A DNA stretch of 26,326 bases from Clostridiales bacterium (lineage in GTDB: Bacteria; Bacillota; Clostridia; Saccharofermentanales; UBA5734). Positions 17,642 through 25,310 of this stretch are shown in pieces. The stretch covers positions 1-26,326 of the forward strand of contig SLMY01000065.1 in NCBI GenBank assembly GCA_007133255.1, read 5' to 3'. Position 1 is the stretch's first letter, and each line of letters opens with the position of its first letter. Below the pieces are notes generated by a model. The model was given only the letters and a program-made list of their open reading frames with translations, was not told the DNA's origin and ran no database searches. Position numbers and translations under genes: made by a program.

Positions 17642-19239
17642 AGAAACAAGATTTTATCGGCACAAAATCATTAGTCAAACTGGCTCTGCGCCGTGACCGG
17701 ATCAGGATACCGGCCTGGGTACTGGCGATTGGTCTCTATTCAGCTTTGGTTATTGTCGCGTACGCTGAATTCTCAGCGAAGGAAATGCAGGAATTGATCA
17801 CGATGGCTTCGATCAGCCAGGGTATGCGGATGCTGGTATCGCCTATCGCTTCCGACCAGGTTGGACAGTTGGGTTCGTTCTTCTTGTTCCGGACATCCTT
17901 TTTACTCAGTATTATCGTTTCCATGATGAATATTCAGCTGGTTACTCGTCATACCCGGCACAATGAGGAATCTGGTTGTGCGGAAATGATCAGCTCCACG
18001 GTTGCCGGTCGGTATGCCAGCCTGGCGGCCAGCCTGATCACGGCGTTTATCGCTAATCTTACGCTTTTCGCGCTTTTTGTCCTTGGCTTTATCGCCAGCG
18101 GTCTTCCTTTAGAAGGTTCCATCGCGGCGGCAGCTTCGTTCGCCCTTATTGGCATGGTCTTTGCCTGTGTCGCGGCGGTGACGTCTCAGCTTTCTGAAAG
18201 CAGCCGCGGCGCTTCAGGGCTGGCATCTATCACTTTCGCGCTGGCCTTCTTCATTAACGCGATCGGAAACGTCATGGGAACTGTCCATGAGCAGTCGATG
18301 GGGTTTTCCAGCAGCTGGATTGCCTGGCTCTCACCTGTAGGCTGGGTTAATCAGACGCAGGCTTTTGACCAGAATCGTTTCGCTGTTCTGCTGCTGTTTG
18401 CCGGCCTCATGCTCATTTTATTCCCGGCAGCGGTCTGGCTTAGCAAACGCCGTGACATCGGGCGGGGGATACTGCCTGCCAGACGCGGCCCAGCCAGGGC
18501 GTCGCGCTTTCTGACCAGCGCTCCTGGCCTGGCCTGGCGCCTGCAGAGAAAAACACTGCTCAGCTGGATGGTGATCATGCTGCTGATCGGGATTACCTTT
18601 GGCGCTGTCAGCCAGGAGTATGGCGCTTCAATTGAGCAGATTGATGTTTTCCAGCAGTTTTTGCTGTCAGCCGACTATTTCATCTTCTCTATGATCGCGA
18701 TTGTTTCTTCGGTCCTGAGCTTGTTTACACTGCAAAGCCTGTTACGGATGCGTTCAGAAGAAGCAGAAGGTCCGCTGGAAACATTCCTCTCCACCCCTGT
18801 CAGGCGTTTCACCTGGATGCTTAGTTTTATCGGTTTCAGCCTTTTAGGAACGCTTGTCCTGTTGATTACATTCGCGTCTGGAGCGGGCCTCGCGGCACAG
18901 TCAAGCGCTTCGGAGACAGTTGAGTTTATCAAGGCTTCTCTTTATCATGGCAGTGCCATTCTTGTGATTGCCGGTCTGGTTATTACGATGTTTGGCCTGG
19001 TACCCAAAATAGCCAGGGGCTTTTCTTGGATCCTTGTCATGATCGCTGTTCTGATCGGACCTGTTTTAGGCCCGATGCTGAATTTACCTGAATCAATTCA
19101 TAATCTGTCTCCCTTTACACATATCGCTTTGCAGCCTGATCAGACATCCACCGCCGCGCTTGTCATACTGACAGGTATTGGACTGCTGCTCACCTTAACC
19201 GGACTTGCCGCGTTCAGCCGCCGTAGTTTAAAACTATAA
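17638..19239 (+). CDS. ABC-2 type exporter permease, 533 aa with two fused halves (TnrB3/NarB-like polyketide/ionophore exporter)
   Basis: N-terminal LALRRDRIRIPAW, TRHNEESG..EMI..T.GR, WLSPVGW, RRDIG.G, EEAEG.LE, LSPFTH and RRSL end motifs; many TM segments; ATGA overlap with the ATPase. Confidence 0.85.
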   Translation: MKKQDFIGTKSLVKLALRRDRIRIPAWVLAIGLYSALVIVAYAEFSAKEMQELITMASISQGMRMLVSPIASDQVGQLGSFFLFRTSFLLSIIVSMMNIQLVTRHTRHNEESGCAEMISSTVAGRYASLAASLITAFIANLTLFALFVLGFIASGLPLEGSIAAAASFALIGMVFACVAAVTSQLSESSRGASGLASITFALAFFINAIGNVMGTVHEQSMGFSSSWIAWLSPVGWVNQTQAFDQNRFAVLLLFAGLMLILFPAAVWLSKRRDIGRGILPARRGPARASRFLTSAPGLAWRLQRKTLLSWMVIMLLIGITFGAVSQEYGASIEQIDVFQQFLLSADYFIFSMIAIVSSVLSLFTLQSLLRMRSEEAEGPLETFLSTPVRRFTWMLSFIGFSLLGTLVLLITFASGAGLAAQSSASETVEFIKASLYHGSAILVIAGLVITMFGLVPKIARGFSWILVMIAVLIGPVLGPMLNLPESIHNLSPFTHIALQPDQTSTAALVILTGIGLLLTLTGLAAFSRRSLKL

Positions 19240-19259
19240 CAGCCGCTGGAGAAAGAAGG

Positions 19260-19520
19260 ATGATTATGCGACATGATGAGTCTTTTACTGATGATCAGAA
19301 TCAGTTTTGGTGGTCCTTTTCGCTGTTGATTGATTCACAGTCTGACATGTGGATTACGCATTGCTTTGATGATGTGACCATTCAAAGCCGGGAGAATCAG
19401 ACGCAGGTCTTTGGATCAGCAGAAGACATTTCTGCCGTATACGGACTGATCACGGGGCTGAGAGATATGGGCACAACCATACTTTATCTTGAGATTAAAA
19501 GAGAAAGCAAGGGTGACTAG
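19260..19520 (+). CDS. Small (86 aa) hypothetical protein, probable ACT/ferredoxin-like fold
   Basis: 20 bp after the permease stop, with GGAG/AAGGA RBS, and before the operon terminator. The segment W...FDDVTI...FG...D.SAVYGLI..LRDMG..IL resembles a small unnamed family I recall near MalT-like LuxR genes. Confidence 0.7.
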   Translation: MIMRHDESFTDDQNQFWWSFSLLIDSQSDMWITHCFDDVTIQSRENQTQVFGSAEDISAVYGLITGLRDMGTTILYLEIKRESKGD

Positions 19521-19621
19521 ATTGAAGCATAAATTTTCATGAAATATGTGGCTTGATCAACAGGGCTGTCTGGCCAAAACGTTAACATAAGCGCTGATAA
19601 ATGAAAAGAAGATCTTTTGCT

Positions 19622-19654
19622 ACTGGCCGGCGGACAACGCTGGCCAGTTTCTTT
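19622..19654 (+). terminator. Intrinsic terminator closing the ABC exporter / small-protein operon
   Basis: ACTGGCCGGCG-GACAA-CGCTGGCCAGT (11-bp stem, one G-U) followed by TTCTTT. Confidence 0.75.
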
Positions 19655-19745
19655 ATATCCTGCCGCTTTTTGTTTATTTTCTTGAAGGGATGGCCGCGAC
19701 ACAATTGTTCTTACAGGAAAATGGAAAACCGCTTTAAAATACAAA

Positions 19746-19774
19746 TTGAAATGTAGCTTACGATATGATATGAT
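19746..19774 (+). promoter_or_regulatory. Sigma-A-like promoter for the radical SAM gene
   Basis: TTGAAA-17 nt-TATGAT, about 105 nt upstream of the ATG. Confidence 0.5.
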
Positions 19775-19879
19775 AATGATTACTACATGTTATTATCTTT
19801 GATATACTGAGAATTAAAGGACACTGCTGTTCTCACATGCAGGCGAAGATATAAACAAAAAAGATCGTTAGGTGATGAT

Positions 19880-21361
19880 ATGAATATACTGCTCGTTTAT
19901 CCTGAGTTCCCCGATACCTTCTGGAGTTTCAAACACGCGCTGAAATTCATACGCAAGCGTGCGGGCGCGCCGCCGCTTGGCCTGTTGACAGTCGCAGCCA
20001 TGCTGCCCAAAAGCTGGAACCTGCGCCTGATCGACCTGAACATAGAAAAGCTGAAGCAAGATGACCTGGACTGGGCCAATTATGTGATGATCAGCGCCAT
20101 GATTGTCCAGCGCGATTCAGCCACACAGTTGGTTGAACGCTGCAAAAAGGCCGGAGTAAAGATGATTGCCGGCGGGCCGCTGTTTACCATGGAATACAGC
20201 CATTTTCCAGATATTGATTACTTTGTCCTTAACGAAGCTGAGCTGACGCTGCCGCCTTTTCTGGAAGATCTGGAGAAAGGATGTGCCAGGCGTATCTACA
20301 GGTCTGCCAAATTTCCTGACATCCGTCAGACACCTATGCCGCTCTGGCATCTGGCGAAACTGAAATACTACGTCACCGTCTCTGTCCAGTTTTCAAGGGG
20401 TTGCCCATTCGGCTGTGATTTTTGCAATGTCACCAGCCTGCTTGGACATCGGCCGCGCACGAAATCAGCCGATCAGATGATTGGTGAGCTGGACAGTCTT
20501 TACCAGGCGGGCTGGCGCGGTGGTGTTTTCTTTGTTGATGATAATTTTATCTGCAATAAACAACAGCTTAAAACACAGCTGCTGCCAGCGCTGATAAACT
20601 GGCGAAAAGATAAAACAGGCATGCCGTTTAATACTGAAGTATCAATCAACCTGGCAGATGATCCCGAGTTGGTCAATCTGATGACAGAAGCTGGTTTTGA
20701 TACAATTTTTGTTGGGATTGAAACACCAAACGAAGACAGCCTGGCCGAATGCAACAAGTCTCAAAACAGGGGCAGGGATCTTCTGGACAGTGTCCGTTTC
20801 CTGCATGAATCGGGCCTGCAGGTGCAGGGCGGTTTCATTGTTGGCTTTGACAGTGACACACCTGATATTTTTGACCAGCAGATCAGCTTCATCCAAAAAA
20901 GCGGTATTGTCACAGCGATGGTTGGTTTGCTGCAAGCTCCGACCGGCACCCGTTTGTTTGAACGAATGGAAAAAGAGGGCCGGCTTGTCACTCATGATAT
21001 GTCGGGAAGTAATACAGATGGTTCGACCAATATTATCCCGAAGATGGGACTCGACAAACTTCTGGAAGGGTATCATCAGCTGCTCAGGCAGATCTACTCA
21101 CCGAAATACTACTATGCTCGTGTTTTGACGTTCCTGAGGCAGTGTCCGCTGCCTAAGATCAAATATCATCTGGATTTCCAGTATTTTCTGGCGCTCTGGC
21201 GCTCTATCATCCGACTGGGTTTATTAGGAGCAGAGAGGCTTCAGTTCTGGAAAATGTTTTTCTGGACATTGCTGCGTCGTCCGCGTCTTTTTCCGCTCGC
21301 CATTACCCTGTCCATTTACGGCTATCATTTCCGTAAAATCGCATATTCAGTTGCCAGATAA
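19880..21361 (+). CDS. Cobalamin-binding radical SAM enzyme (class B methylase-like, DUF4070/HpnP-related family)
   Basis: N-terminal B12-binding domain (YPEFPDTFWSF...PPLGLLTVAA...IAGGP), CxxxCxxC in RGCPFGCDFC, FFVDDNFI, FIVGFDSD, and a helical C-terminal domain. Confidence 0.9.
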   Translation: MNILLVYPEFPDTFWSFKHALKFIRKRAGAPPLGLLTVAAMLPKSWNLRLIDLNIEKLKQDDLDWANYVMISAMIVQRDSATQLVERCKKAGVKMIAGGPLFTMEYSHFPDIDYFVLNEAELTLPPFLEDLEKGCARRIYRSAKFPDIRQTPMPLWHLAKLKYYVTVSVQFSRGCPFGCDFCNVTSLLGHRPRTKSADQMIGELDSLYQAGWRGGVFFVDDNFICNKQQLKTQLLPALINWRKDKTGMPFNTEVSINLADDPELVNLMTEAGFDTIFVGIETPNEDSLAECNKSQNRGRDLLDSVRFLHESGLQVQGGFIVGFDSDTPDIFDQQISFIQKSGIVTAMVGLLQAPTGTRLFERMEKEGRLVTHDMSGSNTDGSTNIIPKMGLDKLLEGYHQLLRQIYSPKYYYARVLTFLRQCPLPKIKYHLDFQYFLALWRSIIRLGLLGAERLQFWKMFFWTLLRRPRLFPLAITLSIYGYHFRKIAYSVAR

Positions 21362-21576
21362 ACAGCTCACTATACATAATATAGCTTCACTGCCGTCTTA
21401 CGACGCCAGTATCACAAGCGCCTGCCGTGAAAAACCTGGCGCTTCACCCATGTTGCACTTTTCAAGCCTGGTTTTAGTCTGTATACTGGATGTTAAGAAA
21501 AACCCACTGTGTTAACTGAAACGTGAATCATGGCGCTTACAGTGCAGCCAGGCAGATATTCAAAGTGATTGTCTGC

Positions 21577-21602
21577 CTATAAAAGTATTATACGAGTGGA
21601 GG
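21577..21602 (+). repeat. Copy 2 of the 26-bp leader repeat
   Basis: CTATAAAAGTATTATACGAGTGGAGG; 24/26 identical to 6297-6322. Confidence 0.85.
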
Positions 21603-21609
21603 GGTGAAG

Positions 21610-22545
21610 ATGAATATTGACGCGCATGTACATTTAGTTGGTGATGGCTGGATAGAGGAACGCTTCTTTTTAAACCTGGCACGGCTTGTCGCTGCTGACG
21701 CGGGAAAATCGACAGGAACATTTCCAGAACCGGCTTCAATGCTGGACGCGATTAAAGACGCGTTGTTTGATACAAGCGGTGACACGCTGATCCGTGAAAT
21801 GGACGCGGCCGATGTGAGCAAAGCCTGCGTTTTCACTGTTGATTATGGACTTCTGACCGGCGAACCGGCTGTATCTATTGAACAGCAGAACAAGACAATC
21901 GCGGACGCTGTCAAGCGCTATCCCGACCGGCTTGATGGTTTTTTCAGCATCGATCCCCGGCGTCCCGGCGCGCTGGCGCTCTTTCGCCGCGGTGTTGAGG
22001 AATGGGGCCTGAAAGGTCTCAAACTTCATCCTGCTTCAGGATGGTATCCGTATGATGAAGCTTTTTTCCCGCTTTACCAGCAGTGCCAGGACTATCAGCT
22101 GCCGCTTCTGATCCATACCGGCGGCCAGCCGGCGCCCATGAAGTCTCGCTTTGGGCGGCCTGCCTATGTTGATGATGTCGCCGCGGCTTTTCCTGAGCTT
22201 AGCATTATTATGGCCCACTGTGGTTATAACTGGTGGGAAGAAGCGCTGATGGTCTGCAATATGAAGGCGAACTGCCTGGTTGATTTTTCCGGCTGGCAGC
22301 AGTCTTTTCTAAGATATCCAGATCATTTTTACCGAGTGCTGAGACAAGTGCTCGATACCATTGGCCCCTGGCGTATTCTCTTTGGTTCAGACGGCCCTTA
22401 TCTGAATGTTGTCTGTCCTTTGAAAAACTGGGTTGGCGCGTTTCGCGATCCTCAGAACTGGCCTGAAGGGATTACCTTTACTGATGATGAGATTGATATC
22501 ATCATGGGCCGGGCGTTCAGCCGGCTGCTTGATCCAGTCAATTGA
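21610..22545 (+). CDS. Amidohydrolase family 2 protein (TIM-barrel metal hydrolase/decarboxylase)
   Basis: IDAHVH, GLKLHP, LIHTG, IIMAHCG, DFSG, ILFGSDGP. ATG 21610 sits 7 nt after GGAGG. Confidence 0.92.
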   Translation: MNIDAHVHLVGDGWIEERFFLNLARLVAADAGKSTGTFPEPASMLDAIKDALFDTSGDTLIREMDAADVSKACVFTVDYGLLTGEPAVSIEQQNKTIADAVKRYPDRLDGFFSIDPRRPGALALFRRGVEEWGLKGLKLHPASGWYPYDEAFFPLYQQCQDYQLPLLIHTGGQPAPMKSRFGRPAYVDDVAAAFPELSIIMAHCGYNWWEEALMVCNMKANCLVDFSGWQQSFLRYPDHFYRVLRQVLDTIGPWRILFGSDGPYLNVVCPLKNWVGAFRDPQNWPEGITFTDDEIDIIMGRAFSRLLDPVN

Positions 22546-25285
22546 TCAACTTTGCCTGCCTGGCCCGGGCAACAGCTTGTGTTCTTCCCCGGACACCCAG
22601 TTTGCCGTAAATATTACTCGTATGCCACTTAACAGTCCCCAGCGTCAGAAATAGTTTTTCAGCAATATCCTGGTTTGACAGCCCCTGGCTGATCAAGGCT
22701 AAAATCTCCAGTTCTCTGGCGCTTAGCTTCTCAACCAGTTCCTCTATAGCGCCTGCATCTGCTAAAACGGCTGCTTCAACGGTATAGCTGATCGTTTCTT
22801 CCTGTTTCTGCCTGAGCTCACTGCCAAGCAGGAGCTTCACAAGCCGATCTGAAAGATGCCTGCCTTCAAATATGTTTGATCTGGCAGCAGGCAGCTTGTC
22901 AATGATTGAGATCAGTTGATCTTTTCTGTCGCTGAAAATCTGGTAATAACCCAATCCTGAACCCATTTCCAGTGCTTCAGTCAGCAAATGTTTTGCCCTC
23001 TTCGTCTGGTTTTCTATCATGGCTAACTGAGCCGCCAGCAGCTTTGCCTCTAATAAAAGCCCTTTGCAGTCACCTACCTCTACCTGTTCACTGACTTTTG
23101 CCAGTATCTGGCTGATCAGAGGGGGCTGGCGGCTTTCTTCTGCCATCATGATCTGCGCCAGGACCAGATAACCTTCTTCATGACCTGGGGTCACTAATCC
23201 GGTTTCCGACAGTCCGGCTTCTGACAGACAGTCTCTCGCGGCAGAAAGCTGGCCTTCCGCCATCATCACACGTGCTTTACGGACCGCGGCGGGAAAGGTG
23301 ATGAATGAAGGAAGCCTTACCTCCAGGTGAAGCAGCTCTATTTCCTTCAAAGTCCGCAGCGCGGCTTCATACTGTTTCTGAGAATAAAACAGATCTGCTT
23401 CGAAAAGATAATTCCAGCCAAGGCATGGTTTTTCTGGTTCGCTGAACAAAATGCCCCGCTCTACTGCCGGCCCGGCTTCATCTAGCTTGCCTTTTTCTCG
23501 CAGCAGCTCACCATATAAAGTCCAGAGTAATCCGGCGCGTGGTATGCTTGATAAGCCCGCAGCTTTCGCTTCACTGAGCAGCCTGTGAACCAGTGCCTCG
23601 GCTTCTTTCAGCCGTCCTGTCTTATATAGGCTGTAAGCTGTCTTGAAGCCTGTGTTCATCTGCAAAACCAGATTTCCGGTTTTACGGCTGCTGACCTGAG
23701 CCTGCTGGTAATAGTCGAGCGCCTGCTTTGCCTGTCCCGAAAACAGCTTGGCGTCACCTAGATAAATCGCTGTATTCATCCGCCAGTAATGATTTTCCGC
23801 CGAAAGCAAAGATAGCGCAGTCCTGGCATATTTCTCCGCCAGCTCGAACTCATTGATAAAAATAGCGTAATAAGCTTTTGTCGCGAATAACATCCCTTCG
23901 TATTCTTTTTGTTCCTGCTGCTCCGGGTAAGTGAGTGTGTCAGCCAAGTCCAAATACCGCTTCGCTTCTGCCTGTCCCTGGTGAATCAGGATATACAAGG
24001 TCATATGCGCCATCAGCCGCGGATACTTCATTTTAAGCGAATCCGGGAAATGATGCAGAATGACATATAGAAGGGACGGACCTTCCGACTTAAGAATTTC
24101 ATCATAATTGTCATGGATAATCTGACCCGCCTGGTCTGTCAGCTTACCTGAGATCATCTGCCGAGCCGCTTCTCCCGGTTCTCCATGTTCCAGAAACCAC
24201 TGGCCGGCACGGTTATACAGCGACGCGACTTGATCTGGCTGCTGGCTTTTTAGCTTAATGGCGAGCACATCAGCAAACAAAGGGTGGTAACGGTACCAGA
24301 TCCCCTGATCATCAAGAGGGATAACAAACAGGTTGATTGTTTCAAGCTGGGTGATCATGGCGGCACTACCCTGCTGCCGGGTAACCGCGTCGCAAAGATC
24401 AGCGCAAAAGCGTGTTAAAATACTCGTTTTTAAAAGAAACGCCTGTACAGTTCCGGTTTGCCTGGAGAAAACCTCTTCAATCAGAAAATGAAGGATATGC
24501 CGGTTGCTGCCTGTAAACTGCTCGATAAACGTGTCCTGGTCCTGCGTCGCGGCAAGAGACAGCGCGGCCAGCTTCAGCCCGGCAATCCAGCCTTCAGTTT
24601 TAGCAAATAAGGCTTTTCTTTGTCTGTCATTCAAACGTAAACCTTCACATTTCGCGAACAGGACATCGGTTTCAGTTTCTGTGAAAGATAACGTATTGAG
24701 ACGGATATCCAGCATGGCGTTTCTGGCACGCCATTTAGAAAGCGGCCAGGGTGGGTCTGAACGCGTTGTAATGGCAAGATGAACCTTGGGCGGCATATTC
24801 TCAATAAAGAAAATCATATGTTTGTGAAGGTCGCTGTTATGGATCAGGTGATAATCATCCAGAACAAGGATGATCTGTTTTTCAAGTAAAAACATCTCAT
24901 TCAGCAGCGGAATCAAAAAGTCTGGACTGCTTTGCTGGCTGGACACATCATTACCAGATGACTGTAGTAAAGCAAGCGCCCCTTTTCCAATCGCGCCATC
25001 ATCTGCCTGTAAAGCTGTAATGATATACATCCAGAAGCGCGTTACATCATTGTCAGCTTCATCGATTGAAACCCAGGCACAATGCATGTTTTTATTCTCA
25101 AGCCATTCACGGACTAGTGTTGTTTTTCCGTAGCCGGCTGGCGCGGAAAGCAAAGTGAGCTGACGGCTAAAATCCAGGCCTACACATAGATCCGCGTCCA
25201 GGCGTTCAATGATATTCTTTCGCGGGACAATGCTTTTATCAAGCGGCGGGACGATGGTTTTTATCTTCAGAAGTTGTCCTGTCAA
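22538..25285 (-). CDS. MalT-like large ATP-binding LuxR-family regulator (STAND ATPase, TPR-like sensor, LuxR HTH)
   Basis: LLKIKTIVPP start motif, Walker A APAGYGKTT, Walker B LVLDDYH, TRSDPPWPL, TEGWIAGLKL, C-terminal LSARELEILALISQGLSNQDIA...TVKWH. Likely TTG start at 25285 after AAAGGAG, rather than the track's 25363, which overlaps the upstream gene. Confidence 0.93.
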   Translation of the reverse strand: MTGQLLKIKTIVPPLDKSIVPRKNIIERLDADLCVGLDFSRQLTLLSAPAGYGKTTLVREWLENKNMHCAWVSIDEADNDVTRFWMYIITALQADDGAIGKGALALLQSSGNDVSSQQSSPDFLIPLLNEMFLLEKQIILVLDDYHLIHNSDLHKHMIFFIENMPPKVHLAITTRSDPPWPLSKWRARNAMLDIRLNTLSFTETETDVLFAKCEGLRLNDRQRKALFAKTEGWIAGLKLAALSLAATQDQDTFIEQFTGSNRHILHFLIEEVFSRQTGTVQAFLLKTSILTRFCADLCDAVTRQQGSAAMITQLETINLFVIPLDDQGIWYRYHPLFADVLAIKLKSQQPDQVASLYNRAGQWFLEHGEPGEAARQMISGKLTDQAGQIIHDNYDEILKSEGPSLLYVILHHFPDSLKMKYPRLMAHMTLYILIHQGQAEAKRYLDLADTLTYPEQQEQKEYEGMLFATKAYYAIFINEFELAEKYARTALSLLSAENHYWRMNTAIYLGDAKLFSGQAKQALDYYQQAQVSSRKTGNLVLQMNTGFKTAYSLYKTGRLKEAEALVHRLLSEAKAAGLSSIPRAGLLWTLYGELLREKGKLDEAGPAVERGILFSEPEKPCLGWNYLFEADLFYSQKQYEAALRTLKEIELLHLEVRLPSFITFPAAVRKARVMMAEGQLSAARDCLSEAGLSETGLVTPGHEEGYLVLAQIMMAEESRQPPLISQILAKVSEQVEVGDCKGLLLEAKLLAAQLAMIENQTKRAKHLLTEALEMGSGLGYYQIFSDRKDQLISIIDKLPAARSNIFEGRHLSDRLVKLLLGSELRQKQEETISYTVEAAVLADAGAIEELVEKLSARELEILALISQGLSNQDIAEKLFLTLGTVKWHTSNIYGKLGVRGRTQAVARARQAKLIN

Positions 25286-25310
25286 CGGTTGCTCCTTTCC
25301 CTGCTGCTTA

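Noticed and set aside
19517-19744. 75-aa minus-strand ORF between the small protein and the radical SAM gene
   Set aside because: It spans a terminator, has no clear RBS and no recognisable motif.
19880-21361. Radical SAM gene as the anaerobic sulfatase maturase
   Set aside because: anSMEs have an N-terminal CxxxCxxC and a C-terminal Cys-rich SPASM domain; this protein has an N-terminal B12-binding domain and no SPASM cysteines.
21434-21480. Partial operator-like words (AAACCTGGC, AAGCCTGGTTT) upstream of the amidohydrolase
   Set aside because: Only degenerate half-sites, not the palindromic arrangement of operators A and B.
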